Assembly (NCBI GenBank): GCA_964016885.1
Contig: OZ024757.1
Coordinates: forward strand, 3,162,001-3,226,000
Direction of reading: 5' to 3'
DNA: 64,000 bases
Source: Eledone cirrhosa
Taxonomy: Eukaryota
Positions 24,201 to 40,104 of this stretch are shown piece after piece. The notes below the pieces were generated by a model that saw nothing but the letters and a program-made list of their open reading frames with translations, ran no database searches and was not told the DNA's origin. Position numbers and translations under genes: made by a program. Every line of letters starts with the position of its first letter. Position 1 is the stretch's first letter.

Positions 24201-27200
24201 CTGTAGTATCAGAGCTGTGATCTCTCAATTTAGAGATTCTTTCCTGAGACATTCTAACCACATGTCTATAGTATCAGAGCTGTGATCTCTCAATTCAGAC
24301 ATTCTTTCCTGAGACATTCTAACCACATGTCTGTAGTATCAGAGCTGTGATCTCTCAATTTAGAGATTCTTTCCTGAGACATTCTAATCACATGTCTTCA
24401 GTATTAGAGCGGTGATCTCTCAATCCAGAGATTCTTTCCTGAGACATTCTAAACACATATCTATAGTATTAGAGCTGTGATCTCTCAATTCAAAGATTCT
24501 TTCCAGAGATATTCTTACCACATGTCTGTAGTATCAGAGCTGTGATCTCTCAATTCAGAGATTCTTTCCTGAGACATTCCCGCTACCAATCTGTAGTATC
24601 AGCGTTGTGATCTCTCAATTCAGAGATTCTTTTCTCAGACATTCTAACAACATTTCTATAGTATCAGAGCTGTGATCTCTCAATTTAGAGATTCTTTCCT
24701 GAGGCATTCTAACCACATGTCTATAGCATCAGAGCTGTGATCTCTCAATTCAGAGATTCTTTCTTGAGACATTCTAACCTCATGTCTGTAGTATCAGAGC
24801 TGTGATCTCTCAATTTAGAGATTCTTTCCTGAGACATTCTAACCACATATCTATAGTATTAGAGCTGTGATCTCTCAATTCAAAGATTCTTTCCAGAGAT
24901 ATTCTAACCACATGTCTGTAGTATCAGAGCTGTGATCTCTCAATTCAGAGATTCCTTCATGAGACATTCTAACCACATGTCTATAGTATCAGAGCTTAGA
25001 TCTCTCAATTCAGAGATTCTTTCCTGAGACATTCTAACCGCATGTCTGTAGTATCAGAGCTGTGATCTCTCAATCCAGAGACTCTTTCTTGAGACATTCT
25101 AACGACATGTCTGTAGTAGCAGAGCTGTGATCTCTCAATTCAGAGATTCTTACCTGCGACATTCTAACCACATGTCTATAATATCAGAGCTGTGATCTCT
25201 CAATTTAGAGATTCTTTCCTGAGACATTCTAACCACATGTCTGTAGTATCAGAGCTGTGATCTCTCAATTTAGAGATTCTTTCCTGAGACATTCTAACCA
25301 CATATCTATAGTATTAGAGCTGTGATCTCTCAATTCAAAGATTCCTTCCTGAGACATTCTAACCACATGTCTGTAGTATCAGAGCTGTGATCTCTCAATT
25401 TAGAGATTCTTTCCTGAGACATTCTAAACACATATCTATAGTATTAGTGCTGTGATCGCTCAATTCAAAGATTCTTTCCTGAAACATTCTAACCACATGT
25501 CTATAGTATCAGAGCTGTGATCTCTCCATTCAGAGATTCTTTCCTGAGACATTCTAACCACATGTCTGTAGTATCAGAGGTGTGATCTCTCAATTCAGAG
25601 ATTCTTTCCTGAGACATGCTAACCACATGTCTGTAGTATCAGTGCTGTGATCTCTCAATTCAGAGATTCTTTCCTGAGACATTCTAACCACACGTCTGTA
25701 GTATCAGAGCTGTGATCTCTCAACTTAGAGATTCTTTCCTGAGACATTCTAACCACATGTCTTCAGTATTAGAGCTGTGATCTCTCAATCCAGAGATTCT
25801 TTCCTGAGACATTCTAACCACATATCTATAGTATTAGAACTGTGATCTCTCAATTCAAAGATTCTTTCCAGAGATATTCTTACCACATGTCAGTAGTATC
25901 AGAGCTCTGATCTCTCAATTCAGAGATTCTTTCCTGAGACATTCCCGCCACCAATCTGTAGTATCAGCGTTGTGATCTCTCAATTCAGAGATTCTTTTCT
26001 CAGACATTCTAACCACATTTCTATAGTATCATAGCTGTGATCTCTCAATTTAGAGATTCTTTCCTGAGGCATTCTAACCACATGTCTATAGCATCAGAGC
26101 TGTGATCTCTCAATTCAGAGATTCTTTCTTGAGACATTCTAACCTCATGTCTGTAATATCAGAGCTGTGATCTCTCAATTTAGAGATTCTTTCCTGAGAC
26201 ATTCTAACCACATATCTATAGTATTAGAGCTGTGATCTCTCAATTCAAAGATTCTTTCCAGAGATATTCTAACCACATGTCTGCAGGATCAGAGCCGTGA
26301 TCTCTCAATTCAGAGATTCCTTCATGAGACATTCTAACCACATGTCTATAGTATCAGATCTGTGATCTCTCAATTCAGAGATTCTTTCCTGAGACATTCT
26401 AACCACATGTCAGTAGTATCAGAGCTGTGATCTCTCAATCCAGAGATTCTTTCTTGAGACATTCTAACCACATGTATGTAGTATCAGAGCTGTGATCTCT
26501 CAATTCAGAGATTCTTACCTGCGACATTCTAACCACATGTCTATAGTATCAGAGCTGTGATCTCTCAATTTAGAGATTCTTTCCTGAGACATTCTAACCA
26601 CATGTCTGTAGTATCAGAGCTGTGATCTTTCAATTCAGAGATTCTTTCCTGAGACATTCTAACCACATGTCTGTAGTATCAGAGCTGTGATCTCTCAATT
26701 TAGAGATTCTTTCCTGAGACATTCTAACCACATATCTATAGTATTAGAGCTGTGATCTCTCAATTCAAAGATTCTTTCCTGAGACATTCTAACCACATGT
26801 CTGTAGTATCAGAGCTGTGATATCTCAATTTAGAAATTCTTTCCTGAGTCATTCTAAACACATATTTATAGTATTAGAGCTGTGATCTCTCAATTCAAAG
26901 ATTCTTTCCTGAAACATTCTAACCACATGTCTATAGTATCAGAGCTGTGATCTCTCAATTCAGAGATTCTTTCCTGAGACATTCTAACCACATGTCTGTA
27001 GTATCAGAGGTGTGATCTCTCAATTCAGAGATTCTTTCCTGAGACATGCTAACCACATGTCTGTAGTATCAGTGCTGTGATCTCTCAATTCAGAGATTCT
27101 TTCCTGAGACATTCTAACCACACGTCTGTAGTATCAGAGCTGTGATCTCTCAACTTAGAGATTCTTTCCTGAGACATTCTAACCACATGTCTTCAGTATT

Positions 27201-28145
27201 AGAGCTGTGATCTCTCAATCCAGAGATTCTTTCCTGAGACATTCTAACCACATATCTATAGTATTAGAGCTGTGATCTCTCAATTCAAAGATTCTTTCCA
27301 GAGATATTCTTACCACATGTCAGTAGTATCAGAGCTCTGATCTCTCAATTCAGAGATTCTTTCCTGAGACATTCCCGCCACCAATCTGTAGTATCAGCGT
27401 TGTGATCTCTCAATTCAGAGATTCTTTTCTCAGACATTCTAACCACATTTCTATAGTATCATAGCTGTGATCTCTCAATTTAGAGATTCTTTCCTGAGGC
27501 ATTCTAACCACATGTCTATAGCATCAGAGCTGTGATCTCTCAATTCAGAGATTCTTTCCTGAGACATTCTAACCACATGTCTGTAGTATCAGAGCTGTGA
27601 TCTCTCAATTTAGAGATTCTTTTCTGAGACATTCTACCGACATATCTATAGTATTAGAGCTGTCATCTCTCAATTCAAAGATTCTTTCCAGAGATATTCT
27701 AACCACATGTCTGTAGTATCAGAGCTGTGATATCTCAATTCAGAGATTCTTTCCTGAGACATTCTAACCACATGTCTATAGTATCAGAGCTGTGATCTCT
27801 CAATTCAGAGATTCTTTCCTGAGACATTCCCGCCACCAATATGTAGTATCAGCGTTGTGTTCTCTCAATTCAGAGATTCTTTTCTCAGACATTCTAACCA
27901 CATTTTTATAGTATCAGAGCTGTGATCTCTCAATTTAGAGATTCTTTCCTGAGGCATTCTAACCACATGTCTATAGCATCAGAGCTGTGATCTCTCAATT
28001 CAGAGATTCTTTCCTGAGACATTCTAACCACATGTCTGTAGTATCAGAGCTGTGATCTCTCAATTCAGAGATTCTTTCCTGAGACAATCTAACCACATGT
28101 CTGTAGTATCAGAGCTGTGATCTCTCAATTTAGAGATTCTTTCCT
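21257..28145. repeat. Duplicated block at ~60-monomer (3900 bp) offset: ~21257-24245 and ~25092-28145
   Basis: AGGATCAGAGCCG near 22385 and 26285, ATTCTACCGA at 23731 and 27631, GACAATCT near 24183 and 28083, all with offset 3900. The first copy lacks one monomer near 21960. Confidence 0.88.
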
Positions 28146-29251
28146 GAGACATTCTAACCACATATCTATATTATTAGAGCTGTGATCTCTCAATTCAAAG
28201 ATTCTTTCCAGAGATATTCTTACCACATGTCTGTAGTATCAGAGCTGTGATCTCTCAATTCAGAGATTCTTTCCTGAGACATTCTAAACACATGTCTATA
28301 GTATCAGAGCTGTGATCTCTCAATTCAGAGATTCTTTCCTGAGACATTCTAACCACATGTCTGTAGTATCAGAGCTGTGATCTCTCAATCCAGAGATTCT
28401 TTCCTGAGACATTCTAAGCACATATCTATAGTATTAGAGTTGTGATCTCTCAATTCAAAGATTCTTTCCAGAGATATTCTTACCACATGTCAGTAGTATC
28501 AGAGCTCTGATCTCTCAATTCAGAGATTCGTTCCTGAGACATTCCCGCCACCAATCTGTAGTATCAGCGTTGTGATCTCTCAATTCAGAGATTATTTTCT
28601 CAGACATTCTAACCACATTTCTATAGTATCAGAGCTGTGATCTCTCAATTCAGAGATTCTTTCCTGAGACATTCTAACCACATATCTATGGTATTAGAGC
28701 TGTGATCTCTCAATTTAGAGATTCTTTCCTGAGACATTCTAACCACATGTCTATAGTATCAGAGCTGTGATCTCTCAATTCAGAGATTCTTTCCTGAGAC
28801 ATTCTAACCACATGTCTGTAGTATAAGAGGTGTGATCTCTCAATTCAGAGATTCTTTCCTGAGACATGTTAACCACATGTCTGTAGTATCAGAGCTGTGA
28901 TCTCTCAATTCAGAGATTCTTTCCTGAGACATTCTAACCACATGTCTGTAGTATCAGAGCTGTGATCTCTCAATCCAGAGATTCTTTCCTGTGACATTCT
29001 AACCATATATCTAGAGTATCAGAGCTGTGATCTCTCAATTTAGAGATTCTTTCCTGAGACATTCTAACCACATATCTATAGTATTAGAGCTGTGATCTCT
29101 CATTTCAAAGATTCTTTCCAGAGATATTCTTACCACATGTCTGTAGTATCAGAGCTGTGATCTCTCAATTCAGAGATCCTTTCCTGCGACATTCTAACCA
29201 CATGTCTATAGTATCAGAGCTGTGATCTCTCAATTCAGAGATTCTTTCCTG

Positions 29252-32200
29252 AGACATTCTAACCACATGTCTGTAGTATCAGAGCTGTGATCTCTCAATT
29301 CAGAGATTCTTTCCTGAGACATTCCCGCCACCAATCTGTAGTATCAGCGTTGTGATCTTTCAATTCAGAGATTCTTTTCTCAGACATTCTAACCACATTT
29401 TTATAGTATCAGAGCTGTGATCTCTCAATTTAGAGATTCTTTCCTGAGGCATTCTAACCACATGTCTATAGCATCAGAGCTGCGATCTCTCAATCCAGAG
29501 ATTCTTTCCTGAGACATTCTAACCACATATCTATGGTATTAGAGCTGTGATCTCTCAATTCAAAGATTCTTTACAGAGATATTCTTACCACATGTCTGTA
29601 GTATCAGAGCTGTGATCTCTCAATTCAGAGATTCTTTCCTGAGACGCTCTAACCACATGTCTGTAGTATCAGAGGTTTGATCTCTCAATTCAGAGATTCT
29701 TTCCTGAGACATTCAAACCACATGTCTGTAGTATCAGAGCTGTGATCTCTCAATTCAGAGATTCTTTCCTGTGACATTCTAACCACATGTCTATTGTATC
29801 AGAGCGGTGATCTCTCAATTCAGAGATTCTTTCCTGAGACATTCTAACCACATGTCTATAGTATCAGAGATGTGATCTCTCAATTCATAGATTCTTTCCT
29901 GAGACATGCTAACCACATGTCTGTAGTATCAGAGCTGTGATCTCTCAATTCAAAAATTCTTTCCTGAGACATTCTAACCACATGTCTGTAGTATCAGAGC
30001 TGTGATCTCTCAATTTAGAGATTCTTTCCTGAGACATTCTAATCACATGTCTTCAGTATTAGAGCTGTGATCTCTCAATCCAGAGATTCTTTCCTGAGAC
30101 ATTCTAAACACATATCTATAGTATTAGAGCTGTGATCTCTCAATTCAAAGATTCTTTCCAGAGATATTCTTACCACATGTCTGTAGTATCAGAGCTGTGA
30201 TCTCTCAATTCAGAGATTCTTTCCTGAGACATTCCCGCCACCAATCTGTAGTATCAGCGTTGTGATCTTTCAATTCAGAGATTCTTTTCTCAGACATTCT
30301 AACAACATTTCTATAGTATCAGAGCTGTGATCTCTCAATTTAGAGATTCTTTCCTGAGGCATTCTAACCACATGTCTATAGCATCAGAGCTGTGATCTCT
30401 CAATTCAGAGATTCTTTCTTGAGACATTCTAACCTCATGTCTGTAGTATCAGAGCTGTGATCTCTCAATTTAGAGATTCTTTCCTGAGACATTCTAACCA
30501 CATATCTATAGTATTAGAGCTGTGATCTCTCAATTCAAAGATTCTTTCCAGAGATATTCTAACCACATGTCTGTAGTATCAGAGCTGTGATCTCTCAATT
30601 CAGAGATTCCTTCATGAGACATTCTAACCACATGTCTATAGTATCAGAGCTTAGATCTCTCAATTCAGAGATTCTTTCCTGAGACATTCTAACCGCATGT
30701 CTGTAGTATCAGAGCTGTGATCTCTCAATCCAGAGACTCTTTCTTGAGACATTCTAACGACATGTCTGTAGTATCAGGGCTGTGATCTCTCAATTCAGAG
30801 ATTCTTACCTGCGACATTCTAACCACATGTCTATAATATCAGAGCTCTGATCTCTCAATTCAGAGATTCTTTCCTGAGACATTCCCGCCACCAATCTGTA
30901 GTATCAGCGTTGTGATCTCTCAATTCAGAGATTATTTTCTCAGACATTCTAACCACATTTCTATAGTATCAGAGCTGTGATCTCTCAATTCAGAGATTCT
31001 TTCCTGAGACATTCTAACCCCATGTCTGTAGTATCAAAGCTGTGATCTCTCAAGTTAGAGATTCTTCTCCTGAGGCATTCTAACCACATGTCTTCAGTAT
31101 TAGAGCTGTGATCTCTCAATCCAGAGATTCTTTCCTGACCCATTCTAACCACATATCTATGGTATTAGAGCTGTGATCTCTCAATTCAAAGATTCTTTAC
31201 AGAGATATTCTTACCACATGTCTGAAGTATCAGAGCTGTGATCTCTCAATTCAGAGATTCTTTCCTGAGACATTCCCCCCACCAATCTGTAGTATCAGCG
31301 TTGTGATCTCTCAATTCAGAGATTCTTTTCTCAGACGTTCTAACCACATTTCTATATTATCAGAGCTGTGATCTCTCAATTCAGAGATTCTTTCCTGAGA
31401 CATTCTAACCACATGTCTGTAGTATCAGAGCTGTGATCTCTCAATTTAGAGATTCTTTCCTGAGACATTCTAACCACATGTCTATAGTGTCAGAGCAGTG
31501 ATCTCTCAATTCAGAGATTCTTTCCTGAGACATTCTAACCACATGTCTGTAGTATAAGAGGTGTGATCTCTCAATTCAGAGATTCTTTCCTGAGACATGT
31601 TAACCACATGTCTGTAGTATCAGAGCTGTGATCTCTCAATTCAGAGATTCTTTCCTGAGACATTCTAACCACATGTCTGTAGTATCAGAGCTGTGATCTC
31701 TCAATCCAGAGATTCTTTCCTGAGACATTCTAACCACATATCTAGAGTATCAGAGCTGTGATCTCTCAATTTAGAGATTCTTTCCTGAGACATTCTAACC
31801 ACATATCTATAGTATTAGAGCTGTGATCTCTCATTTCAAAGATTCTTTCCAGAGATATTCTTACCACATGTCTGTAGTATCAGAGCTGTGATCTCTCAAT
31901 TCAGAGATCCTTTCCTGCGACATTCTAACCACATGTCTATAGTATCAGAGCTGTGATCTCTCAATTCAGAGATTCTTTCCTGAGACATTCTAACCACATG
32001 TCTGTAGTATCAGAGCTGTGATCTCTCAATTCAGAGATTCTTTCCTGAGACATTCCCGCCACCAATCTGTAGTATCAGCGTTGTGATCTTTCAATTCAGA
32101 GATTCTTTTCTCAGACATTCTAACCACATTTTTATAGTATCAGAGCTGTGATCTCTCAATTTAGAGATTCTTTCCTGAGGCATTCTAACCACATGTCTAT

Positions 32201-35200
32201 AGCATCAGAGCTGCGATCTCTCAATCCAGAGATTCTTTTCTGAGACATTCTAACCACATATCTATGGTATTAGAGCTGTGATCTCTCAATTCAAAGATTC
32301 TTTACAGAGATATTCTTACCACATGTCTGTAGTATCAGAGCTGTGATCTCTCAATTCAGAGATTCTTTCCTGAGACATTCTAACCACATGTCTATAGTAT
32401 CAGAGCTGTGATCTCTCAATTCAGAGATTCTTTCCTGAGACGTTCTAACAACATGTCTGTAGTATCAGAGCTTTGATCTCTCAATTCAGAGATTCTTTCC
32501 TGAGACATTCTAACCACATGTCTGTAGTATCAGAGCTGTGATCTCTCAATCCAGAGATTCTTTCTTGAGACATTCTTACCACATGTTTGTAGTATCAGAG
32601 CTGTGATCTCTCAATTCAGAGATTCTTTCCTGCGACATTCTAACCACATGTCTGTAGTATCAGAGCTGTGATCTCTTAATTCAGAGATTCTTTCCTGAGA
32701 CATTCTAACCACATGTCTGTAGTATCAGAGTGGTGATCTCTCAATCCAGAGATTCTTTCTTGAGACATTCTTACCACATGTTTGTAGTATCAGAGCTGTG
32801 ATCTCTCAATTTAGAGATTCTTTCCTGAGACATGCTAACCACATGTCTGTAGTATCAGAGCTGTGATCTCTCAATTCAAAAATTCTTTCCTGAGACATTC
32901 TAACCACATGTCTGTAGTATCAGAGCTGTGATCTCTCAATTTAGAGATTCTTTCCTGAGACATTCTAATCACATGTCTTCAGTATTAGAGCTGTCATCTC
33001 TCAATCCAGAGATTCTTTCCTGAGACATTCTAACCACATGTCTGTAGTATCAGAGCTGTGATCTCTCAATTCACAGATTCTTTCCTGCGACATTCTAACC
33101 ACATGTCTGTAGTATCAGAGTGTGATCTCTTAATTCAGAGATTCTTTCCTGCGACATTCTAACCACATGTCTGTAGTATCAGAGTGTGATCTCTTAATTC
33201 AGAGATTCTTTCCTGAGACATTCTAACCCCATGTCTATATTATCAGAGCTGTGATCTCTCAATTCAGAGATTCTTTCCTGAGACGCTCTAACCACATGTC
33301 TGTAGTATCAGAGGTTTGATCTCTCAATTCAGAGATTCTTTCCTGAGACATTCAAACCACATGTCTGTAGTATCAGAGCTGTGATCTCTCAATTCAGAGA
33401 TTCTTTCCTGTGACATTCTAACCACATGTCTGTAGTATCAGAGCTGTGATCTATTAATTCAGAGATTCTTTCCTGAGACATTCTAACCACATGTCTATTG
33501 TATCAGAGCGGTGATCTCTCAATTCAGAGATTCTTTCCTGAGACATTCTAACCACATGTCTATAGTATCAGAGATGTGATCTCTCAATTCATAGATTCTT
33601 TCCTGAGACATGCTAACCACATGTCTGTAGTATCAGAGCTGTGATCTCTCAATTTAGAGATTCTTTCCTGAGACATTCTAACCACATGTCTATTGTATCA
33701 GAGCGGTGATCTCTCAATTCAGAGATTCTTTCCTGAGACATTCTAACCACATGTCTATAGTATCAGAGATGTGATCTCTCAATTCAAAAATTCTTTCCTG
33801 AGACATTCTAACCACATGTCTGTAGTATCAGAGCTGTGATCTCTCAATTTAGAGATTCTTTCCTGAGACATTCTAATCACATGTCTTCAGTATTAGAGCT
33901 GTGATCTCTCAATCCAGAGATTCTTTCCTGAGACATTCTAAACACATATCTATAGTATTAGAGCTGTGATCTCTCAATTCAAAGATTCTTTCCAGAGATA
34001 TTCTTACCACATGTCTGTAGTATCAGAGCTGTGATCTCTCAATTCAGAGATTCTTTCCTGAGACATTCCCGCCACCAATCTGTAGTATCAGCGTTGTGAT
34101 CTCTCAATTCAGAGATTCTTTTCTCAGACATTCTAACAACATTTCTATAGTATCAGAGCTGTGATCTCTCAATTTAGAGATTCTTTCCTGAGGCATTCTA
34201 ACCATATGTCTATAGCATCAGAGCTGTGATCTCTCAATTCAGAGATTCTTTCTTGAGACATTCTAACCTCATGTCTGTAGTATCAGAGCTGTGATCTCTC
34301 AATTTAGAGATTCTTTCCTGAGACATTCTAACCACATATCTATAGTATTAGAGCTGTGATCTCTCAATTCAGAGATTCTTACCTGCGACATTCTAACCAC
34401 ATGTCTATAATATCAGAGCAGTGATCTCTCAATTTAGAGATTCTTTCCTGAGACATTCTAACCACATGTCTGTAGTATCAGAGCTGTGATCTCTCAATTC
34501 AGAGATTCTTTCCTGAGACATTCTAACCACATGTCTGTAGTATCAGTGCTGTGATCTCTCAATTTAGAGATTCTTTCCTGAGACATTCTAACCACATATC
34601 TATAGTATTAGAGCTGTGATCTCTCAATTCAAAGATTCTTTCCTGAGACATTCTAACCACATGTCTGTAGTATCAGAGCTGTGATCTCTCAATTCAGAGA
34701 TTCTTTCCTGAGACATTCTAACCACATGTCTGTAGTATCAGAGCTGTGATCTCTCAATTCAGAGATTCTTTCCTGAGACATTCCCGCCACCAATCTGTAG
34801 TATCAGCGTTGTGATCTTTCAATTCAGAGATTCTTTTCTCAGACATTCTAACCACATTTTTATAGTATCAGAGCTGTGATCTCTCAATTTAGAGATTCTT
34901 TCCTGAGGCATTCTAACCACATGTCTATAGCATCAGAGCTGCGATCTCTCAATCCAGAGATTCTTTCCTGAGACATTCTAACCACATATCTATGGTATTA
35001 GAGCTGTGATCTCTCAATTCAAAGATTCTTTACAGAGATATTCTTACCACATGTCTGTAGTATCAGAGCTGTGATCTCTCAATTCAGAGATTCTTTCCTG
35101 AGACGCTCTAACCACATGTCTGTAGTATCAGAGGTTTGATCTCTCAATTCAGAGATTCTTTCCTGAGACATTCAAACCACATGTCTGTAGTATCAGAGCT

Positions 35201-38200
35201 GTGATCTCTCAATTCAGAGATTCTTTCCTGTGACATTCTAACCACATGTCTATTGTATCAGAGCGGTGATCTCTCAATTCAGAGATTCTTTCCTGAGACA
35301 TTCTAACCACATGTCTATAGTATCAGAGATGTGATCTCTCAATTCATAGATTCTTTCCTGAGACATGCTAACCACATGTCTGTAGTATCAGAGCTGTGAT
35401 CTCTCAATTCAAAAATTCTTTCCTGAGACATTCTAACCACATGTCTGTAGTATCAGAGCTGTGATCTCTCAATTTAGAGATTCTTTCCTGAGACATTCTA
35501 ATCACATGTCTTCAGTATTAGAGCTGTGATCTCTCAATCCAGAGATTCTTTCCTGAGACATTCTAAACACATATCTATAGTATTAGAGCTGTGATCTCTC
35601 AATTCAAAGATTCTTTCCAGAGATATTCTTACCACATGTCTGTAGTATCAGAGCTGTGATCTCTCAATTCAGAGATTCTTTCCTGAGACATTCCCGCCAC
35701 CAATCTGTAGTATCAGCGTTGTGATCTTTCAATTCAGAGATTCTTTTCTCAGACATTCTAACAACATTTCTATAGTATCAGAGCTGTGATCTCTCAATTT
35801 AGAGATTCTTTCCTGAGGCATTCTAACCACATGTCTATAGCATCAGAGCTGTGATCTCTCAATTCAGAGATTCTTTCTTGAGACATTCTAACCTCATGTC
35901 TGTAGTATCAGAGCTGTGATCTCTCAATTTAGAGATTCTTTCCTGAGACATTCTAACCACATATCTATAGTATTAGAGCTGTGATCTCTCAATTCAAAGA
36001 TTCTTTCCAGAGATATTCTAACCACATGTCTGTAGTATCAGAGCTGTGATCTCTCAATTCAGAGATTCCTTCATGAGACATTCTAACCACATGTCTATAG
36101 TATCAGAGCTTAGATCTCTCAATTCAGAGATTCTTTCCTGAGACATTCTAACCGCATGTCTGTAGTATCAGAGCTGTGATCTCTCAATCCAGAGACTCTT
36201 TCTTGAGACATTCTAACGACATGTCTGTAGTATCAGGGCTGTGATCTCTCAATTCAGAGATTCTTACCTGCGACATTCTAACCACATGTCTATAATATCA
36301 GAGCTCTGATCTCTCAATTCAGAGATTCTTTCCTGAGACATTCCCGCCACCAATCTGTAGTATCAGCGTTGTGATCTCTCAATTCAGAGATTATTTTCTC
36401 AGACATTCTAACCACATTTCTATAGTATCAGAGCTGTGATCTCTCAATTCAGAGATTCTTTCCTGAGACATTCTAACCCCATGTCTGTAGTATCAAAGCT
36501 GTGATCTCTCAAGTTAGAGATTCTTCTCCTGAGGCATTCTAACCACATGTCTTCAGTATTAGAGCTGTGATCTCTCAATCCAGAGATTCTTTCCTGACCC
36601 ATTCTAACCACATATCTATGGTATTAGAGCTGTGATCTCTCAATTCAAAGATTCTTTACAGAGATATTCTTACCACATGTCTGAAGTATCAGAGCTGTGA
36701 TCTCTCAATTCAGAGATTCTTTCCTGAGACATTCCCCCCACCAATCTGTAGTATCAGCGTTGTGATCTCTCAATTCAGAGATTCTTTTCTCAGACGTTCT
36801 AACCACATTTCTATATTATCAGAGCTGTGATCTCTCAATTCAGAGATTCTTTCCTGAGACATTCTAACCACATGTCTGTAGTATCAGAGCTGTGATCTCT
36901 CAATTTAGAGATTCTTTCCTGAGACATTCTAACCACATGTCTATAGTGTCAGAGCTGTGATCTCTCAATTCAGAGATTCTTTCCTGAGACATTCTAACCA
37001 CATGTCTGTAGTATAAGAGGTGTGATCTCTCAATTCAGAGATTCTTTCCTGAGACATGTTAACCACATGTCTGTAGTATCAGAGCTGTGATCTCTCAATT
37101 CAGAGATTCTTTCCTGAGACATTCTAACCACATGTCTGTAGTATCAGAGCTGTGATCTCTCAATCCAGAGATTCTTTCCTGAGACATTCTAACCACATAT
37201 CTAGAGTATCAGAGCTGTGATCTCTCAATTTAGAGATTCTTTCCTGAGACATTCTAACCACATATCTATAGTATTAGAGCTGTGATCTCTCATTTCAAAG
37301 ATTCTTTCCAGAGATATTCTTACCACATGTCTGTAGTATCAGAGCTGTGATCTCTCAATTCAGAGATCCTTTCCTGCGACATTCTAACCACATGTCTATA
37401 GTATCAGAGCTGTGATCTCTCAATTCAGAGATTCTTTCCTGAGACATTCTAACCACATGTCTGTAGTATCAGAGCTGTGATCTCTCAATTCAGAGATTCT
37501 TTCCTGAGACATTCCCGCCACCAATCTGTAGTATCAGCGTTGTGATCTTTCAATTCAGAGATTCTTTTCTCAGACATTCTAACCACATTTTTATAGTATC
37601 AGAGCTGTGATCTCTCAATTTAGAGATTCTTTCCTGAGGCATTCTAACCACATGTCTATAGCATCAGAGCTGCGATCTCTCAATCCAGAGATTCTTTTCT
37701 GAGACATTCTAACCACATATCTATGGTATTAGAGCTGTGATCTCTCAATTCAAAGATTCTTTACAGAGATATTCTTACCACATGTCTGTAGTATCAGAGC
37801 TGTGATCTCTCAATTCAGAGATTCTTTCCTGAGACATTCTAACCACATGTCTATAGTATCAGAGCTGTGATCTCTCAATTCAGAGATTCTTTCCTGAGAC
37901 GTTCTAACAACATGTCTGTAGTATCAGAGCTTTGATCTCTCAATTCAGAGATTCTTTCCTGAGACATTCTAACCACATGTCTGTAGTATCAGAGCTGTGA
38001 TCTCTCAATCCAGAGATTCTTTCTTGAGACATTCTTACCACATGTTTGTAGTATCAGAGCTGTGATCTCTCAATTCAGAGATTCTTTCCTGCGACATTCT
38101 AACCACATGTCTGTAGTATCAGAGCTGTGATCTCTTAATTCAGAGATTCTTTCCTGAGACATTCTAACCACATGTCTGTAGTATCAGAGTGGTGATCTCT

Positions 38201-40104
38201 CAATCCAGAGATTCTTTCTTGAGACATTCTTACCACATGTTTGTAGTATCAGAGCTGTGATCTCTCAATTTAGAGATTCTTTCCTGAGACATGCTAACCA
38301 CATGTCTGTAGTATCAGAGCTGTGATCTCTCAATTCAAAAATTCTTTCCTGAGACATTCTAACCACATGTCTGTAGTATCAGAGCTGTGATCTCTCAATT
38401 TAGAGATTCTTTCCTGAGACATTCTAATCACATGTCTTCAGTATTAGAGCTGTCATCTCTCAATCCAGAGATTCTTTCCTGAGACATTCTAACCACATGT
38501 CTGTAGTATCAGAGCTGTGATCTCTCAATTCACAGATTCTTTCCTGCGACATTCTAACCACATGTCTGTAGTATCAGAGTGTGATCTCTTAATTCAGAGA
38601 TTCTTTCCTGCGACATTCTAACCACATGTCTGTAGTATCAGAGTGTGATCTCTTAATTCAGAGATTCTTTCCTGAGACATTCTAACCCCATGTCTATATT
38701 ATCAGAGCTGTGATCTCTCAATTCAGAGATTCTTTCCTGAGACGCTCTAACCACATGTCTGTAGTATCAGAGGTTTGATCTCTCAATTCAGAGATTCTTT
38801 CCTGAGACATTCAAACCACATGTCTGTAGTATCAGAGCTGTGATCTCTCAATTCAGAGATTCTTTCCTGTGACATTCTAACCACATGTCTGTAGTATCAG
38901 AGCTGTGATCTATTAATTCAGAGATTCTTTCCTGAGACATTCTAACCACATGTCTATTGTATCAGAGCGGTGATCTCTCAATTCAGAGATTCTTTCCTGA
39001 GACATTCTAACCACATGTCTATAGTATCAGAGATGTGATCTCTCAATTCATAGATTCTTTCCTGAGACATGCTAACCACATGTCTGTAGTATCAGAGCTG
39101 TGATCTCTCAATTTAGAGATTCTTTCCTGAGACATTCTAACCACATGTCTATTGTATCAGAGCGGTGATCTCTCAATTCAGAGATTCTTTCCTGAGACAT
39201 TCTAACCACATGTCTGTAGTATCAGAGCTGTGATCTCTCAATTTAGAGATTCTTTCCTGAGACATTCTAATCACATGTCTTCAGTATTAGAGCTGTGATC
39301 TCTCAATCCAGAGATTCTTTCCTGAGACATTCTAAACACATATCTATAGTATTAGAGCTGTGATCTCTCAATTCAAAGATTCTTTCCAGAGATATTCTTA
39401 CCACATGTCTGTAGTATCAGAGCTGTGATCTCTCAATTCAGAGATTCTTTCCTGAGACATTCCCGCCACCAATCTGTAGTATCAGCGTTGTGATCTCTCA
39501 ATTCAGAGATTCTTTTCTCAGACATTCTAACAACATTTCTATAGTATCAGAGCTGTGATCTCTCAATTTAGAGATTCTTTCCTGAGGCATTCTAACCATA
39601 TGTCTATAGCATCAGAGCTGTGATCTCTCAATTCAGAGATTCTTTCTTGAGACATTCTAACCTCATGTCTGTAGTATCAGAGCTGTGATCTCTCAATTTA
39701 GAGATTCTTTCCTGAGACATTCTAACCACATATCTATAGTATTAGAGCTGTGATCTCTCAATTCAGAGATTCTTACCTGCGACATTCTAACCACATGTCT
39801 ATAATATCAGAGCAGTGATCTCTCAATTTAGAGATTCTTTCCTGAGACATTCTAACCACATGTCTGTAGTATCAGAGCTGTGATCTCTCAATTCAGAGAT
39901 TCTTTCCTGAGACATTCTAACCACATGTCTGTAGTATCAGTGCTGTGATCTCTCAATTTAGAGATTCTTTCCTGAGACATTCTAACCACATATCTATAGT
40001 ATTAGAGCTGTGATCTCTCAATTCAAAGATTCTTTCCTGAGACATTCTAACCACATGTCTGTAGTATCAGAGCTGTGATCTCTCAATTTAGAGATTCTTT
40101 CCTG
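29252..40104. repeat. Tandem duplication of an 84-monomer (5459 bp) block: 29252-34710 and 34711-40104 (second copy one monomer shorter)
   Basis: The 66-bp marker is at 31054 and 36513, the 64-bp doublet at 33088 and 38547, and CAGGGCT, TCTGAAGT and TAGTGTC are all offset by 5459. The GAGATGTG..CAAAAA monomer near 33750 is missing from copy 2. Confidence 0.9.
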